A DNA stretch of 64,000 nt from a virus. Taxonomy: Duplodnaviria > Caudoviricetes. The position numbers and the translations under genes are program-made. The notes beneath the pieces were generated by a model, which ran no database searches, was not told the origin of the DNA, and worked only from the letters and a program-made list of their open reading frames with translations. Where the stretch lies: positions 4,216 through 68,215 of the IMG/VR virus record IMGVR_UViG_3300047169_000010; one strand, given 5' to 3'. Below are positions 1 through 9,158 of this stretch, piece by piece (positions within the stretch are counted from its first letter, which is position 1; the number at the start of each line of letters is the position of its first letter).

Positions 1-55
1 ACTGGTACGTCGCGCGCGCAGCCACACCGAGGGAAATAGAACAAGACCACATGGT

Positions 56-2143
56 GTGGGAGGCGCATTCATAGTGGCCTTCCTGAAAGAACCAGACCCG
101 AAAGAATTCATGCGCGCCAAACTTCGTCTAAGCGGTCTGGATGAAGAAGACGCTAAAAGACTTGATTTCCGACCGTATGTGAACAGTGCTGACAAGCCGG
201 ACCCTGCGCTCAAGGGAATCCCGCCAGGATCAGGTTTCATGATCCCGTACTATACGGCGACGGGCAAAGCCCTAAGCACGTTTAGATTCAGGTACGGTCT
301 ACCCAAGGTGGACGCCAACGGACGTCCACGCAAGTACAGCCAGCCCACTGGAACTCCTCCAGCCGTTTACCTGCCGCGCATAAAGGGTGTGAACTGGGAG
401 GCTGTACAAGAAAACGCCAACACTGAGATAGTGATAACTGAGGGCGAGCTCAAAGCGGCCTGCGCGACCAAGACCAACTTCCCTTGTATAGGTCTTGGCG
501 GTGTGTGGAACTTCATGTCTAAATCACATGACCTGGATTTCCTGCCGCAACTTGACGAGTTCGTGTGGCTTGACCGTCCCGTAGTAATCTGCTACGACAG
601 CGATAGCGTCCATAACATCCAGGTGCAGAAAGCGCTGAACGCGTTGGCGCGGCTGCTTACCGCCAAACGCGCCAAGGTGAGAATCGCGGTACCGCCTGCC
701 GTGGCTGGCAGCGCGGACAAGGTGGGTCTTGACGACTACATCGTCAAAAACGGAAAGATTGACGGCGAGTTGCTGAGTGCGTTGCTGGCCGACGCTGAAA
801 GCTGGGAGGAGACCAGTGAAATTTACAAGCTCAATGCCGAAGTGGCGTACATTGAGACGCCGAGCAGCGTGGTGGTGTTCCCGCAGCCGCACTTCCCAAA
901 GGATTGGCAAAAACGACCGGAGTTGATAAGCCCGGCAGTGTTCACACGCCAGCGCTTCTTCAACAGAACGTATAAGGTAGTTACTGACGATGGGAAGGTG
1001 ACTGTCAAACGAACGGCCGAGATGTGGTTCGGCGACGCAAGGCGACGCAGCCATCACAGTATTGTGTACGAGCCGGGCCAGCCCGCCGTGATTGACAATC
1101 AGTTCAACATGTGGCAAGGCTGGCCCAATGATCCAACTCCGGGTGATGTGAAACCGTTCCTTGAGCTTATTGAAACGATGTTTCATGGCAAGGAGTACGA
1201 AGCTGAGAAGGAGTGGTTTCTAAACTGGCTGTCGTACCCGATAAAACATCCCGGTGTGAAGATGAACAGCGCCGTACTGCTGTGGGGTAACACGGGCACA
1301 GGCAAAAGTACCATCGGCGTAACCATGCAGGCCATATATGGTGACCTGAATTGCAGCGTGCCGGGGCAGAACGAACTGGAGCGGGACTTCAATAGCTGGC
1401 TGGCAGACAAGCAGTTCATCATAGCCGAGGAAGTAGCTGGCAACGATGCTCGCAAGTACGTCGGCAAACTCAAGCACATGATAACCGGACGCAGCTTGCA
1501 CATCAACAAGAAGGGAATTGAAGCCTTTGACTACCCCAACCGCGCCAACTTCCTCTTTACCAGCAACTACAGCAATGCGCTATATATTGAAGAGGATGAC
1601 AGAAGGTTCTTCGTTCACAATCTGTGCGTGAAACTGCCCGCAAGCTGGTGGACAAAGTATCGCGCATGGCTGTACGATGCAAACGGCGCGGCGCACCTAC
1701 ACCAATGGTTCATAGATCGTGACACGGGTGACTTCAACCCCGGCGCTGCGCCGCCGGTGACCAAGTCTAAGATGGAAGTGATTGAGTCAGGAATGAGCGA
1801 GCTTGATCTGTGGGTGTATGAGCTCAAGCTTGATCCGGACAGTAAACTTCGCAAGGGTGCCGTAGTCGTCCCTTACCGTTTATGGTCTATAGAAGAATTG
1901 CATACACTGTATGTAGCGGCAGGGGAGAACAACGCACGCACCACCAAGAACGCTTTTGGTCGTGCCATCGGCCGCGCCGGGTTTGCCAAAGTCAACCGCG
2001 GAAACTGGATTCAACTTGAGAAGGGAGGTTATAAGCGGTCGGTGTGGGCAATTCGTGACGCAAGTGATGCAAGACTGGCGCAGCGAGCGGCTGAGGATTT
2101 GTACCAGAACGAACGGAAAGAGTTTCAAATGAGGAAGTTCTAA
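56..2143 (+). CDS. Primase-helicase (N-terminal DUF3854/TOPRIM-like domain plus C-terminal SF3/DUF5906-type ATPase)
   Basis: VITEGELKA and ICYDSD TOPRIM-like motifs; Walker A LWGNTGTGKST; AEEV Walker B. The frame is open to the window start, so the true start is uncertain (ATG at 110 is possible). Confidence 0.88.
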   Translation: MGGAFIVAFLKEPDPKEFMRAKLRLSGLDEEDAKRLDFRPYVNSADKPDPALKGIPPGSGFMIPYYTATGKALSTFRFRYGLPKVDANGRPRKYSQPTGTPPAVYLPRIKGVNWEAVQENANTEIVITEGELKAACATKTNFPCIGLGGVWNFMSKSHDLDFLPQLDEFVWLDRPVVICYDSDSVHNIQVQKALNALARLLTAKRAKVRIAVPPAVAGSADKVGLDDYIVKNGKIDGELLSALLADAESWEETSEIYKLNAEVAYIETPSSVVVFPQPHFPKDWQKRPELISPAVFTRQRFFNRTYKVVTDDGKVTVKRTAEMWFGDARRRSHHSIVYEPGQPAVIDNQFNMWQGWPNDPTPGDVKPFLELIETMFHGKEYEAEKEWFLNWLSYPIKHPGVKMNSAVLLWGNTGTGKSTIGVTMQAIYGDLNCSVPGQNELERDFNSWLADKQFIIAEEVAGNDARKYVGKLKHMITGRSLHINKKGIEAFDYPNRANFLFTSNYSNALYIEEDDRRFFVHNLCVKLPASWWTKYRAWLYDANGAAHLHQWFIDRDTGDFNPGAAPPVTKSKMEVIESGMSELDLWVYELKLDPDSKLRKGAVVVPYRLWSIEELHTLYVAAGENNARTTKNAFGRAIGRAGFAKVNRGNWIQLEKGGYKRSVWAIRDASDARLAQRAAEDLYQNERKEFQMRKF

Positions 2144-2463
2144 TGAAATTGTCAGATATGAAACCGTGCGCGAGTTGCGGCGGTGCGTTGCCGCCTATAT
2201 GGTACGTTGTTCGTGTGTCGGCAGCCATGCTCAAACAGAGTGCGTTCAACAGCACGATGGGTTTGGTACAACACTTCGGCGGTATGCGGAACCCCGGAGC
2301 GCTGGCCGTTGCCGAAACACTGTCACCAGAGGCTGAGTGTGTTATGATCATGGGCGACGAACAGCCGAGTCTTATGACAGAAATAGCGCTGTGCCAACAG
2401 TGCTACACGATGAAAGAAGTGAATTTGGCGCTGCTGGCAGAGATTCAGGAAAGGAAGTTCTAA
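2143..2463 (+). CDS. Hypothetical protein with CxxC pairs
   Basis: Abuts the primase stop (TAATG); CASC and CQQC motifs. Confidence 0.55.
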   Translation: MKLSDMKPCASCGGALPPIWYVVRVSAAMLKQSAFNSTMGLVQHFGGMRNPGALAVAETLSPEAECVMIMGDEQPSLMTEIALCQQCYTMKEVNLALLAEIQERKF

Positions 2464-2694
2464 ATGCGAAAAGTAAAGTTTGTGAGCGTGGCGTTTGGCG
2501 ACAGATCGATTTATGCCGTTGATGAGTGCGGCAACTTGTGGTCGCTTGACGACAAGATGGAGTGGAATCAGTACGCGCCGCCTATGGTGGAGTCGTCAAT
2601 GCAGCTATGGATGCTGAAGTGGCTGGCGTATGCACTGGTCACAGGTGCAACAGTTTTCTCAGTCTGCCGGTGGGTGCTGCCGTTATGGAAATAG
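2464..2694 (+). CDS. Hypothetical protein with C-terminal hydrophobic segment
   Basis: Tight gene packing; hydrophobic C-terminus. Confidence 0.45.
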   Translation: MRKVKFVSVAFGDRSIYAVDECGNLWSLDDKMEWNQYAPPMVESSMQLWMLKWLAYALVTGATVFSVCRWVLPLWK

Positions 2695-3080
2695 TGTACC
2701 TGAAAGCACAGCAGTTGGAGAACGCTTGCGCAGCCCTGGAAGAGGTGATGAAGGGGCCACGCATGAGCTCTGTCAAAGACCACATGATGTTGATGATAAT
2801 GGCGGTAGCGCCGCACATTCAGTTTGAGTTGCAGGAGTTCAACGCCGACGAAATAAACTGGGCCGCGCAGGGTATTGAAGCCAATCGCAGAGCGCTGAGT
2901 GACTTTGCGCTGCGACTGGTGGCTGTACGGCGTATGCCTGCTGAGCAGCAAGAAGACCCGCGAGTGCCTGTGCTTACCGCCGTGGTCAACGCCATCGGTA
3001 CCGGGGCGTTGGGTGAGCAGGTAAGTCCAGAGGTGATTGCGAGGACGCTGGTGTCGGCGTTGCAGAAAGCGGGGTTATGA
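2685..3080 (+). CDS. Hypothetical protein
   Basis: Start reassigned to ATG 2685 (MEIVYL), overlapping the previous gene end. Confidence 0.5.
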   Translation: MEIVYLKAQQLENACAALEEVMKGPRMSSVKDHMMLMIMAVAPHIQFELQEFNADEINWAAQGIEANRRALSDFALRLVAVRRMPAEQQEDPRVPVLTAVVNAIGTGALGEQVSPEVIARTLVSALQKAGL

Positions 3081-3425
3081 ATGTTCGTTGACCACTACAA
3101 GGTGCTGGGCGTGCCGCCCGGAGCTGACTTCGAAGAAATTCGCAAAGCCTATATAGAGCTGGCCAAGATAAACCACCCAGACATGCTCAGCGGCACAGGC
3201 ATCTTCAGCGATATCACACATAGCTACTGCATTTTGAAAGACTCGGCGCTGCGTAAAATGTACGACGCAGAATGCGCGCTGTTGAAGATGCCTTGCGTAC
3301 CCTGTAAATGGTGCCATGGGCGCGGCGTGGTTGATAGGCAGCGAGGGTTTGGATCTTCTACACGCGGCCCGTGCGCTAAATGCGGTGGTAGCGGGCGCGC
3401 CACGGCCTCGGAGGGCATAAAATGA
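3081..3425 (+). CDS. J-domain (DnaJ-like) co-chaperone with partial zinc finger
   Basis: DHYKVLGV...EEIRKAY..LAKINHPD J-domain with HPD motif; two CxxCxGxG motifs. Confidence 0.88.
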   Translation: MFVDHYKVLGVPPGADFEEIRKAYIELAKINHPDMLSGTGIFSDITHSYCILKDSALRKMYDAECALLKMPCVPCKWCHGRGVVDRQRGFGSSTRGPCAKCGGSGRATASEGIK

Positions 3426-3967
3426 GTAGTCTTCTAAGCTACAATCAACTGATGAACTTGCTGCGCGACGGTGTGATTGAGAACAGCGACCCGAGCCATG
3501 TGAATGGGGCCAGTGTTGACGTAACGCTGGGGCGTGAGTTGATGATTGAGCAGAATTTCACGGGCATATCGGTCAGCTTGCGTGACAGACATCCACTGCC
3601 TGCGTTCAAATATACGATGGATGACGAAACAGGTTACAGACTCATGCCCGGAGAGTTCGTGTTGGCGCATACGCAACAAGCGTTCAATCTACCGTTGAGT
3701 CTAACGGCGCAGTTTCACTTGAAGTCGTCGGCGGGGCGCGTCGGCTTGCAACACGCACTCAGCGGCTGGTGTGATCCCGGTTGGAATAAGAGTGTGCTGA
3801 CGCTTGAGCTGACCAACAGCACACGATATACGCCAATCATCATCCGTCCCGGCGACCGAATCGGTCAAATGACGTTCATACGAATTCCAGCAATACCGGC
3901 AGAGAACGGATACGGACGGCGTGGGCGCTACAACGGTGACAGTTCAGTTTCTGGCTGTAAGCCGTAG
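3422..3967 (+). CDS. dcd: dCTP deaminase
   Basis: NGASVDVTLG, LKSSAGRVG, DPGW, LTLEL and PGDRIGQM motifs. Confidence 0.9.
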   Translation: MSSLLSYNQLMNLLRDGVIENSDPSHVNGASVDVTLGRELMIEQNFTGISVSLRDRHPLPAFKYTMDDETGYRLMPGEFVLAHTQQAFNLPLSLTAQFHLKSSAGRVGLQHALSGWCDPGWNKSVLTLELTNSTRYTPIIIRPGDRIGQMTFIRIPAIPAENGYGRRGRYNGDSSVSGCKP

Positions 3968-3984
3968 TATGCTGGTAACAGGTT

Positions 3985-4002
3985 GTAATTAGGCAGTTAT
4001 AA
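3985..4002 (+). promoter_or_regulatory. Conserved upstream motif GTAATTAGGYAGTTAYAA (copy 1)
   Basis: 16/18 identical to 7557-7574; both copies lie just upstream of a start codon. Confidence 0.55.
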
Positions 4003-4012
4003 GTGAGGGTAA

Positions 4013-4282
4013 ATGGCGCTGCACATAAAGGCTAACGGAACTGAAACTGTCGTCCACCCTACCAATGGCGTGGAGTTTTCGCTGGAGGAGTTGCAGAACT
4101 TCGTAGGCGGCTACATTGAGTTGGTCTTCACAAAAGAGAACAAGGAGATGTACGTCAATGAAGAAGGATTGCTGAAGAATCTTCCGTTGAACGACAAGGC
4201 TACTTATCTACTGGCGCACCGCTACGGTTTGCAAGGTATTCACGGAGACGTCATAATCTGTGAAAAAGGTGAGGCTAACTAA
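4013..4282 (+). CDS. DUF3846-like phage protein
   Basis: SLEELQNFVGGYIELV...VNEEG...LPLN..AT pattern. Confidence 0.7.
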   Translation: MALHIKANGTETVVHPTNGVEFSLEELQNFVGGYIELVFTKENKEMYVNEEGLLKNLPLNDKATYLLAHRYGLQGIHGDVIICEKGEAN

Positions 4283-4453
4283 CATGCTGACCGGTTGGAA
4301 ATACTGGTTCGTCCGTTACTTCGGCTGGTCGCCGTTGCAGCCGTGTCGCATGTGCCGAAAATGGTTCTGGGGCGGTTTGCCGTTGAATGGATGGCGCGCC
4401 GGGTACATGGAGTATTGTAGTCAGGAATGTCATGACGAAGAGGAGGAAATACC

Positions 4454-4633
4454 GTGGTGAAACCTGTAGTGAAGTTATCGGAGGAGGACGGCAACGTATT
4501 CAGCATCATTGGGCGTTGTGCCAGAGCTTTGAAACCTAGCGGCAAAGCTGATGAGTTTAGACAGAAAGCAATGTCGGCTGGCAGCTATGACGAAGTGTTG
4601 CGCCTTGCAATGGAATACTGTGAGGTTGAGTAA
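4454..4633 (+). CDS. Small conserved phage protein (59 aa, not in the ORF track)
   Basis: GTG start; translates to VVKPVVKLSEEDGNVFSIIGRCARALK...AMSAGSYDEVLRLAMEYCEVE, resembling a DGN(A/V)F..IG..GDY-type small phage protein pattern. Confidence 0.55.
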   Translation: MVKPVVKLSEEDGNVFSIIGRCARALKPSGKADEFRQKAMSAGSYDEVLRLAMEYCEVE

Positions 4634-4774
4634 TGCGCGCATGGACTACCAAGACTGGACATATCGTGCTTTCACTGCATGGGCTGAAGCTGACGTTGCT
4701 GCCCAGCACATGGAAGCGAGTAATCAACGCAATCAGCCCCGAACTGTACTACGCTGTTATGAAAGGAACTGAAG

Positions 4775-5701
4775 ATGGTGCGAAGACCGTTTGAACCGAT
4801 GACCGCGGCAACTGTCAAGAACCTAACAGAAGTAAAATTCCCCGTGCTGGGCAGTCCCAAGATTGATGGATTCCGGTGCGTGATCCGCGACGGCGTGGCG
4901 TTGACGCGCAACCTGATGCGATTCCCCAATCTGCATTTGAATAAACTCTTCAACAAGAAGGAACTGAATGGCCTGGACGGTGAGATTGTTAGCGGCAACC
5001 CTTTTGGTGACGGTGTGTATAGTCGCACCAGCAGCGCTGTTACGTCCATCGCCGGCGAGCCGCCGCTTACGCTGTATGCGTTTGACGTAACTACAAGCCC
5101 AGACGTTGTGTACTTCAACGAAGACATGAACAGGTACCAAAGATATCAGATGACTGAGGCTATGGGTATGATGTCTGGTCATGTGAATGTAGAGGTGGTG
5201 CAGCAACACTGGATTGAAAAGGTTTCTGAGCTTGAAGAGTATCTTGACAAACAGCTTTCGTTGCTATACGAAGGCATCATGCTGCGCAGCCCACAGTCAC
5301 TCTACAAGCACGGGCGCAGCACCATGCGCGAACAGTACCTGATGAAGGTGAAGCCGTTTGAGGAGAGTGATTGCGTAGTACTCGGCGTTGAAGAGAAGCT
5401 CACCAACACCAACGAGGAAGGCAATGCGGGCCGGAAGAGGACGCTCAAGGCGGGTATGGTGCCAGCCGGTACGCTTGGCAAGATGCTGGTGCGTGACCTG
5501 AAAAGCGGCGCGGAGTTCCATCTTGGGTTGGGTAAGATGACGCATACCGAGGCCAAGATATGGTGGGACAATCGTGCCATAAAGCCCGGTATTGTGGGTA
5601 AGGTGGCCAAGTACAAGTTCCAGCGCATCGGCATGGTGACCAGCGCGCCACGGCAGCCTATCTGGCTGGCTTGGCGTGAGAAATTTGATCTGGGAAAGTG
5701 A
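4775..5701 (+). CDS. lig: ATP-dependent DNA ligase
   Basis: SPKIDGFRC (KxDG), YAFD, EGIMLR and KVKP motifs, followed by an OB domain. Confidence 0.92.
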   Translation: MVRRPFEPMTAATVKNLTEVKFPVLGSPKIDGFRCVIRDGVALTRNLMRFPNLHLNKLFNKKELNGLDGEIVSGNPFGDGVYSRTSSAVTSIAGEPPLTLYAFDVTTSPDVVYFNEDMNRYQRYQMTEAMGMMSGHVNVEVVQQHWIEKVSELEEYLDKQLSLLYEGIMLRSPQSLYKHGRSTMREQYLMKVKPFEESDCVVLGVEEKLTNTNEEGNAGRKRTLKAGMVPAGTLGKMLVRDLKSGAEFHLGLGKMTHTEAKIWWDNRAIKPGIVGKVAKYKFQRIGMVTSAPRQPIWLAWREKFDLGK

Positions 5702-5754
5702 GGTTGTATGAAAGCGAAGCAGTATATTCCACGGAATGGTTCAAGTGAGGGATT

Positions 5755-5961
5755 ATGGCAGACGCTATTGGAGATCAACGCGATGTGCTGTTGAATGGAA
5801 AGCCGGTTACACGAAAACGTGGTCGTGTGTCGGTTGCGTTTAGACAACCACCGCCTGTAGTTGACATAGATTTAGGTTGGGGAAGATATCAGTCTATTTC
5901 AATGGAAGAGGCGAAGAAGATGCATGAACAGCTTACTGAAATACTGAGGTCGCAACCATGA
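5755..5961 (+). CDS. Hypothetical protein
   Basis: GAGG-type RBS upstream; plausible small ORF. Confidence 0.4.
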   Translation: MADAIGDQRDVLLNGKPVTRKRGRVSVAFRQPPPVVDIDLGWGRYQSISMEEAKKMHEQLTEILRSQP

Positions 5962-6075
5962 CAGCACCTCACACAGTGCCGCCCGAGATGCACACCGCGA
6001 AATTGATGGAAGCCGTGCGCCAGCTTAGACCGTTCAGCATATGGCGCGCAGGTGAATTGATAGGAAGGACGTACA

Positions 6076-6975
6076 ATGACAGAAAAAGAAATCATACAGA
6101 CCGCTGAGCGTTTGGCCGGTAGCAAGTGGCGACTGGTGTACCCGCGCATCTACACCAACGCGCCGCAAGGATTCTGCAGTCCTAAGCTGCCAGCAGCCAT
6201 GTTGACGGAAAGTCTGCTGGCGTCTGCACAGAGTAGACCGTTTGAAAAACCGATCGTACACCGGCTGATGGAATACAGTATGCCGACGCTGTGGCTTAGC
6301 CCAGCGCTGCGCGACGCCATGCGGAACACCACGCCGCCCGATACGTACGATCTGCTGGATCTTCCACTGCCCATGCCGGCGATGACAATAATGCTACCGG
6401 ATGACACCATTCACACACGCGGCCATGAAGTTCGTTTCATAAGCTATGCCCGCTATGAAGCGCACGAGGTAACGGCTGGCGGCACGTCAAAAGACCCACA
6501 TCTGTTCTTTGTGTCGGGTTCTACAGATCTCACAATCCAGACGATGAGTATAGGCCGCGCCAGCTCAAGAATAAATCTCGGTGATCTGGACGGCTTCTTG
6601 CGCGTGCTGCATCAGCCTGGACACTTGCACCACGACGATACGGGGCAAGGAAGCGACGAAGAGCGCAATAAGATGGTGATGTTCTACTTCCTGAGCACGA
6701 TGCTGATCATGCTGGCGCGCCCTGATCTTGAAACAAAACCGGCGCTGTTGAACCGCATACAGAAGAAAGGAAAGGAGCCGCGAGAGTTCTGGTCACCGCA
6801 TTTGTTGGGCGCGAAATACGTCGCAAAGCGGGAGGCTCCGGCGCTTGGCACTCATAATTCGCCACGGCTACACTGGGTACGCGGGTTTTACCGCAACCAA
6901 CCCATAGGCTCGCGCAGTGCGATTGAGAAGCAGCGCAAGCTGATGTGGATTGAACCGTTTCTGAGAGGAGTGTAA
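6076..6975 (+). CDS. Hypothetical phage protein with C-terminal SPR.HWVRG...WIEP motif
   Basis: AGGA RBS; 299-aa ORF; the C-terminal motif recurs in uncharacterised phage proteins. Confidence 0.65.
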   Translation: MTEKEIIQTAERLAGSKWRLVYPRIYTNAPQGFCSPKLPAAMLTESLLASAQSRPFEKPIVHRLMEYSMPTLWLSPALRDAMRNTTPPDTYDLLDLPLPMPAMTIMLPDDTIHTRGHEVRFISYARYEAHEVTAGGTSKDPHLFFVSGSTDLTIQTMSIGRASSRINLGDLDGFLRVLHQPGHLHHDDTGQGSDEERNKMVMFYFLSTMLIMLARPDLETKPALLNRIQKKGKEPREFWSPHLLGAKYVAKREAPALGTHNSPRLHWVRGFYRNQPIGSRSAIEKQRKLMWIEPFLRGV

Positions 6976-6979
6976 GACT

Positions 6980-7429
6980 ATCCAAACATTTCTTCCGTAC
7001 AAAGATTTCGAGCGCTCGATGTCCGTATTAGACGATAAACGACTTGGCAAGCAACGCGTTGAAGCTGCGCAGATTTTGCGCATTCTGACGGGCCAGCGCT
7101 TGTTCGTTACGCAGCCCACCGGTCAAGCGTCAAACGCTTGGCAGAATCACCCTGCTGTGCTGATGTGGCGCGGCCACGACCATTGGTTGCGCGCCTATAT
7201 CGCCGCCAGTATCAGAGAGTGGCGAGCGCGTGGCTTCAACAACACGATACTGACGCCAGAGTTTTGCCTGTCCGCGCAAGCTCCACCGGCATGGTTGGGG
7301 CTGCGACGATTCCATGTCAGTCATCAAGCCAATTTGGTGCGGAAGCTGCCCGCTGTGTACGGCAAGCTGTGGCCGACCGTTGACCCCACGCTGCCGTACT
7401 GGTGGCCGAGCAAGGAGGTTCCACGATGA
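6980..7429 (+). CDS. Pyrimidine-dimer DNA glycosylase/T4 endonuclease V-like protein (MSMEG_6728-type), probable ATC start
   Basis: IQTFLPYKDF..S..LDDKRLGKQRVEA...HPAVLMWRG...SHQANLVRK. The family N-terminus (MQTFLP) lies upstream of the tracked ATG. Confidence 0.8.
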   Translation: MQTFLPYKDFERSMSVLDDKRLGKQRVEAAQILRILTGQRLFVTQPTGQASNAWQNHPAVLMWRGHDHWLRAYIAASIREWRARGFNNTILTPEFCLSAQAPPAWLGLRRFHVSHQANLVRKLPAVYGKLWPTVDPTLPYWWPSKEVPR

Positions 7430-7554
7430 GTGACCAGCCCAACGAAACAATAATCCGCCGCATCCAGAAGCTGCTGAGCCTTGCCACGGGCGGCAACAAT
7501 AGCCAAGAGGAAGCGGCTGCGGCCATTGCAATTCTGTTTTGCCGTGCCGCATAA
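7426..7554 (+). pseudogene. Isolated DUF2786-like fragment (42 aa)
   Basis: MSDQPNETIIRRIQKLLSLATGGNNSQEEAAAA matches the I.RI.KLL.LA...N..EA..A pattern, which is normally N-terminal to a longer protein; it stops where an upstream-motif cassette begins. Confidence 0.5.
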
Positions 7555-7556
7555 TG

Positions 7557-7574
7557 GTAATTAGGTAGTTACAA
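7557..7574 (+). promoter_or_regulatory. Conserved upstream motif GTAATTAGGYAGTTAYAA (copy 2)
   Basis: 16/18 identical to 3985-4002; overlaps TACAAT at 7570-7575. Confidence 0.55.
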
Positions 7575-7586
7575 TAAGGTGCCAAC

Positions 7587-7931
7587 ATGGAAGCTCAAAC
7601 GCAAACTGCCGATAGCGGTCTATCGGCACGGGTAACACACACGCCACACGCAGACACCGACGGCGTTCCGCCGGGGCTTGATCTTGCACTGTACGGCACC
7701 AAAGGTTACGTCACATTCAACGGCGTGTTCTACGCCAATCCCGGCGCTGGACAGATGATGTTCAAGCGGCGCGTACAGATTCTCTTCGCCAGCAAGGAGA
7801 TTCTGGTGGCGTACGATCTGATGATGAAGAACATATACGTCATCAACCGTGAGACGGGCATCAGCCTCGGTTGCCGGATGAACGCCGTATACACGCCCGA
7901 GAACGCAGTGGTCGCGCTGCCGGTATGCTGA
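7587..7931 (+). CDS. Hypothetical protein
   Basis: AAGGTG RBS; 114 aa. Confidence 0.55.
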   Translation: MEAQTQTADSGLSARVTHTPHADTDGVPPGLDLALYGTKGYVTFNGVFYANPGAGQMMFKRRVQILFASKEILVAYDLMMKNIYVINRETGISLGCRMNAVYTPENAVVALPVC

Positions 7932-8075
7932 CCGTGTGCAGCGCCGCTTGGGACGGGAAGCATACATTCCGAGGTGGATACTGTATCTTCTGCGGCAATG
8001 AGAACCCACGTAAATCAACGAGTAAGAAATCAAACGCAAAGAAATCTCAAACACGTAAACGAGGGGCGACAAAAA

Positions 8076-9158
8076 ATGTTCAGCATAAGTGATGGCAGCG
8101 TATACGGCCCACAGATACGCCAGTTCTTCCAAACGCAGTTCCCAACCAACACCGCCAAGACGGACGGTGACGTACTCGAGCTGCTGACGGCGGCGATAGT
8201 CGCCACAGGTAAGGTGCGGCTCGGGGCCAAGCCCAGCATTGAGACTCTGTACCTGATAAGGAAGTACGTGACCGGGCAGATATTCTTGCAGAAGCCCATA
8301 AACTTCCTAATGCCGTGGGGCAGCGAAAAGCCGGGGCATTTGCAGACAGTTGACATTGCCGAGGTAGCGGCCATGAAGACGCTGAGCTGCTTACAACAGC
8401 GTGTGCAACATGTGTACGCGCCTGGAATTCACATCCGCGTTCGTGTGGAGGATGCGACTGCACCCAATCTGTTCCCAGACAATCGTGAGCAGGCGCGCAT
8501 GGACGCCAAGGTGTACACCACAAGTCTTGAACGACTTGTGTGGGTGCTAGGTGTGCGTGACTACGTAGAGCTGGTGCCGGAATCGCATATGATAACGGAA
8601 GAAAAGTTTGAGCGCGCATTTGCACCCAATTACGACGCAATGCTTGCGTTTCTTTCAGATACAGAAGGTATGCCGGAGGAGCTATATGCCGCGACCACGG
8701 CGCATTGGCATCTGCGCGACCTAGGCTGGATGGGTATTGTGCCGCTTGCCCAACGCGAACACTACCGCGCCACCTACAGGCGTCTGTACGGTCTTAGCGA
8801 CCAAGCCGCTACCGCCATGCTGGCGCGCTACCTCGCACAGTCGCTTACACGCAAACACTTGCGGATGCTGGGTAACTTAGACTGGGCGGATTATCTAGGA
8901 CTCAGCTTCGTTGGACCGATACCAGGAGACCCAACCGGCATCGCCAGCAAGCGGCTCTACTATCGCACACTGCCAGAGAACGTGAGCAGTATGCACCTAG
9001 CGCCGTGGAGGGCCAAGGGCTACCTAGCCGTCGGTGAAGACGGACTTCGCCCACGCTTGGCAAGCTGGCAGGAGCATCGGCAGTACACACGCAATACAGT
9101 GACGCTGACAGCCGGTGACGTAAGCGTGGACGTACAATCTGATTACGAGGTGATGTGA
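8076..9158 (+). CDS. Divergent Dit1/PvcA/IsnA (isonitrile synthase)-like protein
   Basis: PINFLMPWGSEKP...VDIAEVAAMKTL..LQQRVQHVYAPGIHIRVRVED parallels the PI.F.LPAFP.KS...PD.AE..AL..L.....VYAPGA.I.I.SDG pattern. Start reassigned to ATG 8076 behind GAGGGG. Confidence 0.6.
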   Translation: MFSISDGSVYGPQIRQFFQTQFPTNTAKTDGDVLELLTAAIVATGKVRLGAKPSIETLYLIRKYVTGQIFLQKPINFLMPWGSEKPGHLQTVDIAEVAAMKTLSCLQQRVQHVYAPGIHIRVRVEDATAPNLFPDNREQARMDAKVYTTSLERLVWVLGVRDYVELVPESHMITEEKFERAFAPNYDAMLAFLSDTEGMPEELYAATTAHWHLRDLGWMGIVPLAQREHYRATYRRLYGLSDQAATAMLARYLAQSLTRKHLRMLGNLDWADYLGLSFVGPIPGDPTGIASKRLYYRTLPENVSSMHLAPWRAKGYLAVGEDGLRPRLASWQEHRQYTRNTVTLTAGDVSVDVQSDYEVM

